From positions 1 through 36,227 of the IMG/VR virus record IMGVR_UViG_3300035562_000017: 36,227 bases of DNA, one strand, 5' to 3'. Of the stretch, positions 25,820-34,829 are shown piece by piece (positions within the stretch are counted from its first letter, which is position 1; every line of letters begins with the position of its first letter). The notes under the pieces were generated by a model. The model made no database searches and had not been told where the DNA came from. It saw only the letters and a program-made list of their open reading frames with translations. A program made the position numbers and the translations under genes. Origin of the DNA: a virus (lineage: Duplodnaviria; Caudoviricetes).

Positions 25820-26292
25820 TGCGCAAGGTTGAAGTTGTCGAGGCCACATTGGAACACGTCGCAGCATTGCTGCCGCACGTCCGCCAGGCAGATGTTGATG
25901 AGTTCGAAGCGATGAGCGGGAAGACTCCGGCGCAGGTTCTGGAACTTGCCCTGCGTACTTCGGCATTCTCATTTGCCGGGCTGATCAACGGACAGGTGGT
26001 GACCATCTTCGGCGTTGCTCCGCGCTCCATTATCACCGGTTCCGGTGTGCCGTGGCTGGTGGGTTCCAACTTGCTGGAGCGATATCAGGCCACTTTCCTG
26101 CGCCGCTGCCGGCCAGTGTTGCAGTTATTCCTGCAGCATTATCCGGTGCTTGAAAATTACGTTGATGCACGGAACACCGCGGCTAAAAGCTGGCTGCACT
26201 GGATGGGGTTCACCATTCATGACCCGCAGCCGGTCGGCCGGTCCGGGATACCATTCCACAGATTTGATATGAGACGAGGTGACCATGTGTGA
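25819..26292 (+). CDS. GNAT-fold virion assembly protein (T7 gp13-like)
   Basis: LENYVDARN...WLHWMGF motif; position after nozzle. Confidence 0.8.
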   Translation: MRKVEVVEATLEHVAALLPHVRQADVDEFEAMSGKTPAQVLELALRTSAFSFAGLINGQVVTIFGVAPRSIITGSGVPWLVGSNLLERYQATFLRRCRPVLQLFLQHYPVLENYVDARNTAAKSWLHWMGFTIHDPQPVGRSGIPFHRFDMRRGDHV

Positions 26293-26854
26293 GCCAACAA
26301 CCATCGTTGCAGTTGGTGCCCTGGTAGTTGGTGCGATCAGCGCATACGGGCAGCAGCAGCAAGGTAAGAATGCCCAGAAAGTTGCCAACGCCAATGCAGA
26401 TGCGCAGGAGATCGCCGCCAAGGATGCCATTAACACCGGTAACACCCAGGCAGACCAGCAACGCCAGCAGACGCGGCAGCTTCAAGGACAGCAGGCAGCA
26501 GCTTTCGGCGCAGCCGGTACCGATATGACCAGCGGCAGCGCGCTGAACATCTTCGGTAATACTGCCCAGGGCGGCCAGCTTGATGCTCTGACAACAGTCA
26601 ATAATGCCGAGCGGCAGGGGGCCGGGCTTAACTTCCAAGCTGGGGTTAGCCGTGCGCAGGGCCAAATGGATCGAAGTGCCGCCAACCTTGGCGCAACAAC
26701 TACCATCCTGAACTCAGCATTAACGGCATATGGTTCTTATCAGTCCTCTGGCGCCCTGAATAAGCCAGCGGCACAGGGCGGCGGAGCATCCAGCAATAAC
26801 ATGTTCAACAATGCTCGCGGCAGCCGTTACGGCTCAAACGCGTACACGTTCTAA
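26285..26854 (+). CDS. Internal virion (ejection) protein, T7 gp14-like
   Basis: MCEP start, hydrophobic N-terminus, Q/A-rich, GQQAAAFGAAG motif. Confidence 0.82.
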   Translation: MCEPTTIVAVGALVVGAISAYGQQQQGKNAQKVANANADAQEIAAKDAINTGNTQADQQRQQTRQLQGQQAAAFGAAGTDMTSGSALNIFGNTAQGGQLDALTTVNNAERQGAGLNFQAGVSRAQGQMDRSAANLGATTTILNSALTAYGSYQSSGALNKPAAQGGGASSNNMFNNARGSRYGSNAYTF

Positions 26855-26863
26855 GGGGGAGCG

Positions 26864-29392
26864 ATGCCAACAGTACCGGTATACCAGCGCCAGTCACAAT
26901 CTGAGATGGCACCAGTCAACACGCAAAACCTCCGCATTCCTCAGGGCAATGGACTAACAGCGCTGGCGGATGTCGGCGCTAATGCGCTTGGCGTTTACCA
27001 GCAGCAGAGAGAGCGCGAGGATCTGGCATTCGCTCAGAACGCACTGCTGCAGTTTAACCAGCAGGCTGATGACCTGATTAATAACCCGCAGACCGGCCTG
27101 ATCACTAAGCAGGGCGCAAATGCCATTGGCCAGGGCGAGCAGGTTGCTGGGCAACTTAGCCAAATGGCTGGCTCCGCTTTCGACTCCATCCCCGATGGGC
27201 CCGTAAAAGAACGGTTCCGCAACCAGTTTGCAGCCGCCGGTCAGCCGATCGCCAACCGTGCACGGCAATATGAAGTTGGCCAGCGCCAGCAATTCGAATC
27301 CGGGCAGCAGCAGGGGTTATTGGCTAACCTACAAACGCAGGCTGAAAATAGCTTCGACGATAACGAAGGGTTCGTGAATACCAACCTCCTGGCCAGAGAG
27401 CAGATCATGGCTTACGGACAGGCTCATGGACAAAGCCCAGAAGAGATAGAGGCAAACTGGGTAAACTTCCGCGAGAACTCAGCTAAAGCAGCATTGAATG
27501 CTCAGTTAACTGCTGGCCGATACGATCAGTTTTTGGCGCGGAATGGCGAACCTTCAGACAATGGCGGAACTATCCGTGTAACTGCACACGGTAATTCGTC
27601 GGCTGCGCGTGGGCTACGTAACAACAACCCGGGAAACATCGAAGCCAGTGATAAAAACCCGTGGGAGGGGCAAACTGGTAGTGATGGCCGCTTTGCCAAG
27701 TTCGAGACACCTGAACACGGGATCCGCGCACTGGGCAAGAACTTGCTGGCGTACCAGGCGAAAGGAATCGATACAGTATCCGAGATCGTCAATCGATGGG
27801 CGCCAGCCTCTGATGGAAACAACACCGATGCATACATTAAAGCGCTGTGTGGCGCTCTTGGTGTTAGTGCTAACGATCAGGTAGACATGAGCAACCCACG
27901 CACGCTGGCTGCACTGTGTGCCGGTATCGTGAAGCATGAGAACGGAAGCCAGCCCTATACGGACGATCAGATTGGTGCCGGTGTTAGTGCAGCTCTCGGG
28001 TTATCCGCCCTTGAGTCATCGAAACGTCGCACTGGTAACGCTGCCTTTGATGCTGCCAGCCCGGCCATTCAGGGGACCTATCTCCGCCAGGCACAGGCAA
28101 TGCAGAATGAGCAGAGGACGCTTTACCGCGCCCAACTTGATGGCGTGGCACGCGACGCTGGCGCGGCATACCAGCGCGGTATTGAATACCCGATGCCAAG
28201 CCAGGATGCCTTTACGAATGCCTATGGTTACAACGAGGGTCTAAAAAAGTATGCCGACCTGGATAATCAACGCATCGCTGGGCAGTACATCGGGTCATTC
28301 CGCAACATGCCAACGGCGAGCATCCAGGAGTATGTCAAAACGTTGAAGCCAACAGCGGCAGACATTAATAACCCTGGCGGATTCGGCAGTGTATCTTCCG
28401 CATTCAACCATGTAGAGACGGCCGCCAATCAGGTTATCAACCAGCGGAAGTCTGATCCATACCAGGCAGCAACAGACATCGGCGCATACCGCCCGCTGAA
28501 TACCAGCAATGCCAATGACGTGGCCACCGAGTTGAATAATCGCTTCTCAGCAGATGACCGATTGAAACAGCTCGGCATTGATGCACCAATCTTGTCTAAG
28601 CAGGAAGCTACCGGTTTAACAGAAATGGTTCGCGGTACCACAGATGCAGATCAGACTATTGGGCTGTTGCAGTCAATGGGGCAAAAGCTTCCGGCGGCTG
28701 CCATGCGGAAAGTTGCGGCGACCATAGCACCAAACAATGCATCTACCGCTTATGCAGCGCTACTGCTTGGCACCCCTGACAATCAGTACAACAACCGTAG
28801 CGGAACCATTGCCTACGATCAGTTCGTTGGTTACAAGCCGACAATGAACAAGTATGACGTAGCAAAAACTATCCTGACTGGTGATCAACTAATAAACCCT
28901 ACTGAGGCCCAGAAAAAAGCAGGTATCACTGCGGTTCAACTCCCGAGCGACGACAAGCTGAAAAAAGCCTTCGATAATGGTGTCGGTAATGCCTTCTCCA
29001 ATAACCCACAAGCGCGACAGGCGGCATACGGAATTTACAAGGCAGCCTATGCGTCGATGGTGTACCGCAATGCTGATAGTGATAAATCCTCTACCCTGGT
29101 AGTTGATGATGATTCAGCAGAGAAGGCTGTTCAGATGGCTACCGGCGGGGTCTATAAAAGCTTCCAGGGTGGTGATGTGGTTATGCCATTTGGTATGGAT
29201 AAGAGCACATTTAAGGACAAATACACCACCGCAGCACGCATGGCATTTACCGATGCCGGGATCCCCCCAGCCGGACAATCCAACTTTACGCCAGTGAATA
29301 TTGGCAATGGCCAATACAAATTACTGGCTGGCAGTGGCCGCTGGGCTGTAAATCCGAAAACGGGCGAGCCGATCGTCGTGGGGGTTGAATAA
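26864..29392 (+). CDS. Internal virion (ejection) protein with putative muralytic domain
   Basis: MPTVPVY start; RGLRNNNPGNI...RWAP...IVKHENG domain. Confidence 0.82.
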   Translation: MPTVPVYQRQSQSEMAPVNTQNLRIPQGNGLTALADVGANALGVYQQQREREDLAFAQNALLQFNQQADDLINNPQTGLITKQGANAIGQGEQVAGQLSQMAGSAFDSIPDGPVKERFRNQFAAAGQPIANRARQYEVGQRQQFESGQQQGLLANLQTQAENSFDDNEGFVNTNLLAREQIMAYGQAHGQSPEEIEANWVNFRENSAKAALNAQLTAGRYDQFLARNGEPSDNGGTIRVTAHGNSSAARGLRNNNPGNIEASDKNPWEGQTGSDGRFAKFETPEHGIRALGKNLLAYQAKGIDTVSEIVNRWAPASDGNNTDAYIKALCGALGVSANDQVDMSNPRTLAALCAGIVKHENGSQPYTDDQIGAGVSAALGLSALESSKRRTGNAAFDAASPAIQGTYLRQAQAMQNEQRTLYRAQLDGVARDAGAAYQRGIEYPMPSQDAFTNAYGYNEGLKKYADLDNQRIAGQYIGSFRNMPTASIQEYVKTLKPTAADINNPGGFGSVSSAFNHVETAANQVINQRKSDPYQAATDIGAYRPLNTSNANDVATELNNRFSADDRLKQLGIDAPILSKQEATGLTEMVRGTTDADQTIGLLQSMGQKLPAAAMRKVAATIAPNNASTAYAALLLGTPDNQYNNRSGTIAYDQFVGYKPTMNKYDVAKTILTGDQLINPTEAQKKAGITAVQLPSDDKLKKAFDNGVGNAFSNNPQARQAAYGIYKAAYASMVYRNADSDKSSTLVVDDDSAEKAVQMATGGVYKSFQGGDVVMPFGMDKSTFKDKYTTAARMAFTDAGIPPAGQSNFTPVNIGNGQYKLLAGSGRWAVNPKTGEPIVVGVE

Positions 29393-31284
29393 TGTCAGAC
29401 ATATTCTCTCTTGTGCCAGATGGGCAGGCATGGACGGACTACAACGCTAAGCCGGCAACCAAAGAGGACTATGACCCTAAACTTTTCTCAGGTTCGCTGA
29501 CAGCAATCCCGCAAGGGGTTGCCTCCGGCACTGTAGGGCTTGGACAGACCGTTACCAGTTTTGGTAAACAGCTCATATCCGATCCTGGCGTCATGAGCCA
29601 GTTCGCGCCAAGCTATGGAGCCGTAAAGGCATTATTCCCTGATGCTGACCAGGCATTAAATAGCAGCTATGACAGTGCCGCTGCCGCACTCACTGCAGCA
29701 CAAAAGAGTGTCAAGCCTGAAGCAAATAGCCAGGGAACCGCTGCGCAGGTTCTTTATGGCCTTGGCCAGTTTGTGCCAGCTATAGGTGCGACGATTGCAG
29801 CGGGCCCAGCAGCTGGTGGCGCTATAGCATTTGGCAGCACATTCGAACCAACACGACAGGAGTTTGTTGAGAAAGGCGTGGATGTTGATACTGCGAATAC
29901 GCTGGCAGCAATTCAGGGAACGGCAAATGCTTTCGGTATGGCTTTACCTGCTGGGGTAGGTGGCACGCTTGCAACACGCTTGCTTTCTGGCATTGGAATT
30001 AATACCGGATTTGGCATGGCTAACCGGTTCGCTATCGGTGAAACACTGGAAGATCACGGATACAAAGATCTGGCACAGCAATACCGTGCGTGGGATGGGC
30101 AGGCAATGCTTATCGATGGTGTGCTTGGTGCTGCCTTTGGCGCTGCACATCACTGGAGTGCCAGCCGGTCAGATGGAGACACCATCGCAGCTAATCCAAT
30201 CGATGAAACTATCCAGCCTGACGTTAATGGGCCAGCAGTATTATCTGAACCACCATTAACCGGACAAGGTGACAGCTCAGTTATATCTGAATCGGCAGTA
30301 CCATCCGGTTCCCCATCTGATAGTTCTGTGTCGTATGAGTCTCGGGTTGCTGAATTGCAGGAGCTGGCTGCCAATCTTTTGCCTGTTTCCGAGCGAAAAA
30401 ATTTAGCTGAGGAAATTCATAAAGCTGAATATTCACTTTCACAAATTGATGATAAACGACAGGCTTTGCGTGACCAAAATGGAGGAAATAGCAGCAGCAG
30501 GAGAATAATTAAACGTGAAATTTCAGCGCTTGATCAGCAGGCTAGCGAGATCAATGCACGCCTTGAATCGCAACGACAGGACCTGGCAAGCAGCAGCCGC
30601 GGAGGCCAGTTTTTTGATGCGAAGGCAGACCTTTCCAGGCTCGAACAGGGAATAATTCCGGAAAGTATGCGCGGGCTTGTCGGTGAATCGGCAGTTAAAC
30701 CAAGCGATGTCGACGCAGCTCACGTGATGAACGAGGGGCTATATTATGATATTGAGGCGTCACCAGTGCTACACGGCACAACAGAAAGCCTCAACGCCCA
30801 CGTGGCTGCCATGGACGAAGCATCACGCGCATTGATGAATGGAGAACCGGTTAACGTTTCTCAGCATATCCGCGGTCTTGATGGTATCACCCGCCCAGAT
30901 GCGTTAGCCGAAGCGCCAGAGCAACATGCGGCGATCAGGCGTGCGTTGGATGATAGCGGAGTTGATTACTCTGATCGGCCAGAGCCGCCGGTTATCACTC
31001 CAGATATTCGCCAGGATAGTGCATTCCTGCGTGCGGGCAATGAAGCCGAGCAAATCAGTACAGACCCGGAAACTGGTGCGGTCATATCATCCAATAGTTA
31101 TGACCTGCTGGCGGCACGCGACATGGCCTCAGTCAACCCAGAGACAAAAATACTGCACCCGGATACCGGCAAAGAGGTGTCATTATCTGAAGCACTGGCA
31201 GACCTCGATGGCCAGATAGCCACTGCACAGAAAGAGTCGAAAGTTTACAGCGCTGCCGCCGCCTGCTTCCTGAGGAACGTGTAA
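29392..31284 (+). CDS. Internal virion (ejection) protein
   Basis: Gly/Ala-rich amphipathic N-half; ends AAACFLR; TAATG-coupled to neighbours. Confidence 0.78.
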   Translation: MSDIFSLVPDGQAWTDYNAKPATKEDYDPKLFSGSLTAIPQGVASGTVGLGQTVTSFGKQLISDPGVMSQFAPSYGAVKALFPDADQALNSSYDSAAAALTAAQKSVKPEANSQGTAAQVLYGLGQFVPAIGATIAAGPAAGGAIAFGSTFEPTRQEFVEKGVDVDTANTLAAIQGTANAFGMALPAGVGGTLATRLLSGIGINTGFGMANRFAIGETLEDHGYKDLAQQYRAWDGQAMLIDGVLGAAFGAAHHWSASRSDGDTIAANPIDETIQPDVNGPAVLSEPPLTGQGDSSVISESAVPSGSPSDSSVSYESRVAELQELAANLLPVSERKNLAEEIHKAEYSLSQIDDKRQALRDQNGGNSSSRRIIKREISALDQQASEINARLESQRQDLASSSRGGQFFDAKADLSRLEQGIIPESMRGLVGESAVKPSDVDAAHVMNEGLYYDIEASPVLHGTTESLNAHVAAMDEASRALMNGEPVNVSQHIRGLDGITRPDALAEAPEQHAAIRRALDDSGVDYSDRPEPPVITPDIRQDSAFLRAGNEAEQISTDPETGAVISSNSYDLLAARDMASVNPETKILHPDTGKEVSLSEALADLDGQIATAQKESKVYSAAAACFLRNV

Positions 31285-34049
31285 TGAAACAAGCCTGTGT
31301 TGATGTAATTTCCCAAACCCTTGGGCGTGCACCGAAAGCCGACGAACTAAAAAACATTGAGGACCGCATTAAGGACGCCGTCCGCCAAGTTCATAAGTCA
31401 AATTCTCGTGCCGGGCGTACCGGCATTCCTGATGCTGAAACCTATAAGCAGGCTGCTGACCTTGTTGCGCAGCGCGTTGTGCATGACGTCTTCAAGAAGC
31501 GCCAGCGTCTGGCTCAGAACGCGATTGCCATTAACCGCGTATCGGAAGATATAGCCCGAAATTTCTCTGAAGCAGAACAAACGCCGCAAGCACTATCACA
31601 GTTTATCTTTGCTGGTCGTAAAACGCTGGATGGCAAGAACGTCGATGTAACCTCTGCCGAGGAACTGGCCACCGGCGCTTATCAGGATTGGTCCCGTCAG
31701 CTTTCTGCTGAACTGGTCAGCGCTGGTCCAGAGGTTCAGAAATTCTTCCATACGGCTAATGCCCTGGGTGAGCGCCGCATAACTGACGTGTTTGGAAACA
31801 AAGCTGCTGAGTATGGCCAGTTGCAGATCCTGAAGGCTCTGTATGGTGAGCAGGTGGACGCGCCGGCAGCCAAGAAAATTGCCGATGTATGGGGCGGCGT
31901 CACCGACCGCGCCCGGCAGGAAATGAATGATAACGGCTTTGACATCGGCTTGCGGGATGATTGGCACCTGCCATACGTTGATGATGCTGATTTTGTCCGC
32001 GCCGCTGGCCGTGATGAATGGCTGGCCACGTTACCTATTACCGAGCGTACCGCAGCCGTTTCCCTGAGTAGAATGCCGCCAGCTGAATGGGCGCGCCGCG
32101 CTTGGGTTGATGATGTGTACAACACGCAGGACCGTAGCCAGTACGTAAACAACGACGGCAGTCCGATGAATGATGCTGAATACCGACAGGCGCTTGAAGC
32201 CATCTATGAAACAAAATCCACTGATGGGGCCAACAAATTAGATCCCGGGCAGTTTATGGGGAGCGGTGGTATTAAAAATCGTGGTTCGCAAAGCCGCGTT
32301 ATGTCATTCAAGGACGCTACTAGCCACTTCTCCTACATGGAAAGATATACCAAGCAACCAGTGGTTGGGGTGATGATGTCGCACTTGCAATCATCATCAC
32401 GCGACCTCGGTGTGGTGAAAGCGTTTGGCCCAGATGCTGCCAATAACTTCAGTCTGTTAGCCGATCGACTTTATCAAAAATCTGTCACTACGGAAGGCGG
32501 CGGCCGCCCAGCAAGTGATATGCAATCACAGCGTGATCTGGTCCAAAGAATGTTCGACTCTATGGCCGGACTTAATGGCGTGCAGAACACCGGTGTGTTT
32601 GCGTCAGCGATCGGCGGACTGAGAAATCTGATGACATCTGCCATGCTTGGTACGAGCGTTTTCACAGCGGCATCCGACCAGGCGATCATGCGAGCCAATG
32701 CGCAGGCCCTGGGGTTCAGTAGAAACGGAATGCGCCTATCAGCCAGCACGCTGCGCAATCTTTTCAATGGTGATGCCAAACGCGCTAATGCCGAGCTTGG
32801 CTTGTTGGTTGATGCTCACTCAGCAGTTGTTTCGAAAATGGGTGGCTTCGATCTCACCCGCGGCGTCACCGGGTGGGCCGCCGAGAAAACGCTAAAGTGG
32901 TCAGGACTGATCGCAATGGACCGCGCGAACAAGGCAGCATTCGGTATGCTGATGTATAAAAATATCGGCGAGCTCACCCGTAAGTATGAAACGCTCGAAG
33001 CGGTGAAGGGGAGCGATAAGAAGATCCTGGCGGATAAGGGTTGGTCGGCAGATGACTGGGCGATAATGAATGCGGCAGAGCTACGCCCCTTGACTCAGAA
33101 GGGACACATGGGGATGACGCCAGATGCTATCTACTCGGTACCAGAAGCACGTATCCGTGAAATCCTTGGTGAACGTATCAATGAGGTTCGTGCTGGTGCT
33201 GACGAGGCACTGGCGAACCTTGGCGAGTTGTCTGAGTCTCGCAATAAGCAACTGCGTGAGGCGTTTGATGCAGAGGCGGAACAGACAATAGCGCGGATGG
33301 TTCGCAACGCGCGTGCGGAAGCAGCTCAAAAATTGCTTGGCATAACGCATGGGGAAATGACCAGTGCAGTTACCACTGCCACCGGGATCGATACTTTCGA
33401 GCGTGACCAGGCTGGCCAGCTGATGAAAAGCTTCATGCTTTTCAAAACAACACCGTTTGCAGGTTTCCGTCAATTGGTTAACCGAGCACGGGATATGGAG
33501 TCGGTACCGGCCGCTAAATTCCTAGCATCATATATCGCAGGTACCACCCTCGCCGGGATGTTTGCAAACCAGATGAATGCGCTGCTCACCGGTAACGATC
33601 CGCAGGATATGACTAAGCCTAGTACTTGGGTTCAGGCTCTACTGAAGGGCGGTTCGTTCGGTATCTATGGGGATTTCTTGTTCCAGGACCATACGCAATA
33701 TGGCACATCGATCGCAGGTACCATCGGCGGCCCGGTGCTTGGGTTTACCGAAAACCTGATGAAGTTGCTGGTCACGAACCCGCAAAAGGCAATGATGGGA
33801 GAGGAAACAAGTTTCGGTGCCGATGCTATTAAAACTGCACGCCAGATTATACCGTTCGCGAATCTGTGGTACACCAAGGCCGCATTTAACCATTTAATCC
33901 TGCAGCAGCTTCAGGAAATGGCTAACCCCGGCTACAATGACCGTGTGCGTGATCGGGCGCAACGTGAGTTCGATGTATCGAGCTGGTGGAACCCTGGGGA
34001 TTTGGCGCCACGCCGGGCACCTGACTTGAATAAGGCAATAGGTGAATAA
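31284..34049 (+). CDS. Large internal virion (ejection) protein
   Basis: MKQACVD start, SFMLFKTTP, GGSFGIYGDFL, PFANLWY, QEMANPGY motifs; 921 aa. Confidence 0.82.
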   Translation: MKQACVDVISQTLGRAPKADELKNIEDRIKDAVRQVHKSNSRAGRTGIPDAETYKQAADLVAQRVVHDVFKKRQRLAQNAIAINRVSEDIARNFSEAEQTPQALSQFIFAGRKTLDGKNVDVTSAEELATGAYQDWSRQLSAELVSAGPEVQKFFHTANALGERRITDVFGNKAAEYGQLQILKALYGEQVDAPAAKKIADVWGGVTDRARQEMNDNGFDIGLRDDWHLPYVDDADFVRAAGRDEWLATLPITERTAAVSLSRMPPAEWARRAWVDDVYNTQDRSQYVNNDGSPMNDAEYRQALEAIYETKSTDGANKLDPGQFMGSGGIKNRGSQSRVMSFKDATSHFSYMERYTKQPVVGVMMSHLQSSSRDLGVVKAFGPDAANNFSLLADRLYQKSVTTEGGGRPASDMQSQRDLVQRMFDSMAGLNGVQNTGVFASAIGGLRNLMTSAMLGTSVFTAASDQAIMRANAQALGFSRNGMRLSASTLRNLFNGDAKRANAELGLLVDAHSAVVSKMGGFDLTRGVTGWAAEKTLKWSGLIAMDRANKAAFGMLMYKNIGELTRKYETLEAVKGSDKKILADKGWSADDWAIMNAAELRPLTQKGHMGMTPDAIYSVPEARIREILGERINEVRAGADEALANLGELSESRNKQLREAFDAEAEQTIARMVRNARAEAAQKLLGITHGEMTSAVTTATGIDTFERDQAGQLMKSFMLFKTTPFAGFRQLVNRARDMESVPAAKFLASYIAGTTLAGMFANQMNALLTGNDPQDMTKPSTWVQALLKGGSFGIYGDFLFQDHTQYGTSIAGTIGGPVLGFTENLMKLLVTNPQKAMMGEETSFGADAIKTARQIIPFANLWYTKAAFNHLILQQLQEMANPGYNDRVRDRAQREFDVSSWWNPGDLAPRRAPDLNKAIGE

Positions 34050-34321
34050 TGGAAATGTTTAGAAAGGTCATTTTAACAATATACGTTATCAGTTTTATTT
34101 TGGCTGCAATAGCGTTAAGTGATGGTGACTTTAGAGCGTTTAGGTATGGCAGACCTGAGCAGGTAATACCTTGGTTATTCATGTTTTTTTCATCTGCTAT
34201 ATCAATATATTTTATTGGTTTTTATGAGAAAAAAGCAGAAATTAAAGATAATGTTATTTCTCTTTGGCTGAAGAGGAAGAAGCTAGAAGAAAAGAAACGC
34301 ATCTCTGAGCTAGAGAAGTAA
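34049..34321 (+). CDS. AT-rich two-TM membrane protein (accessory)
   Basis: Two hydrophobic helices, basic tail LWLKRKKLEEKKRISELEK; visibly lower GC than flanks. Confidence 0.78.
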   Translation: MEMFRKVILTIYVISFILAAIALSDGDFRAFRYGRPEQVIPWLFMFFSSAISIYFIGFYEKKAEIKDNVISLWLKRKKLEEKKRISELEK

Positions 34322-34357
34322 CCCCACCAAGCCCCTCGCGGGTGCACAGCATCCAAC

Positions 34358-34379
34358 AAAAAGCCCGCACTGCGGGCTT
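34358..34379 (-). terminator. Terminator between convergent genes
   Basis: A5-GCCCGC-ACT-GCGGGC-TT. Confidence 0.75.
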
Positions 34380-34392
34380 GTGTCTTTGTGAA

Positions 34393-34641
34393 TTATTGTT
34401 CCAGCTGGTGAGTAATAAATTTCGAATGGGTTTTAATTTGTTCCTTCATCTTCTCGTTTTGTGTGACGTAGTTCACCAAAGCATTCAGTTCCAGCATAGC
34501 GCCGCCGATCTCTGAGCCGTCCGCATCCAGCTCGTTCAGTAGCCTTTCCAGTAGTGAAGCCTTAGCCAGTCCCGCAATCCCTTCGCGCGTGTTGATTTTC
34601 TTCTCCAGCATCCTGCCGGCCGGGTAGCTGTACTTCTTCAT
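34393..34641 (-). CDS. ant: Antirepressor (SPC32H Ant-like)
   Basis: 82 aa from ATG 34641 (GAGG RBS); LLNELDADG...ELNALVNYVT resembles SPC32H Ant as recalled; located before the tailspike with an SOS-like box. Confidence 0.82.
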   Translation of the reverse strand: MKKYSYPAGRMLEKKINTREGIAGLAKASLLERLLNELDADGSEIGGAMLELNALVNYVTQNEKMKEQIKTHSKFITHQLEQ

Positions 34642-34670
34642 TGCGTGCTGCACCTCGCTCAGCCTGTAAC

Positions 34671-34712
34671 TACTGTATAAATAACCATATATAAAAATGA
34701 TTAGTTTAGCAA
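34671..34712 (-). promoter_or_regulatory. ant promoter with non-canonical SOS box
   Basis: TTGCTA (34712-34707)-N17-TATGGT (34689-34684); CTGTATAAATAACCAT 34673-34688. Confidence 0.65.
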
Positions 34713-34727
34713 TATGCGCAATTGCAA

Positions 34728-34742
34728 TTACCATTTAGGTAA
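34728..34742. promoter_or_regulatory. Repressor operator between ant and tailspike
   Basis: TTACCATTTAGGTAA, perfect match. Confidence 0.8.
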
Positions 34743-34829
34743 CAAAAATAACTATATCACACAATTAAATTCATGTATGGGTTGCAAGCCGCTAGAATGC
34801 TCTTTAAGTGAGCAAATGGGACAAGAGAA

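Noticed and set aside
34642-34734. 31-aa N-terminal extension of ant in the ORF track
   Set aside because: Runs through the promoter, SOS box and operator; the RBS supports ATG 34641
4852-34742. Dispersed repeats as CRISPR array or REP elements
   Set aside because: 15-bp palindromes at promoters with no regular spacers and no cas genes
34798-34808. TGCTCTTTAAG boxA-like sequence before the tailspike
   Set aside because: Overlaps the predicted -10 and start site, so probably not fully transcribed
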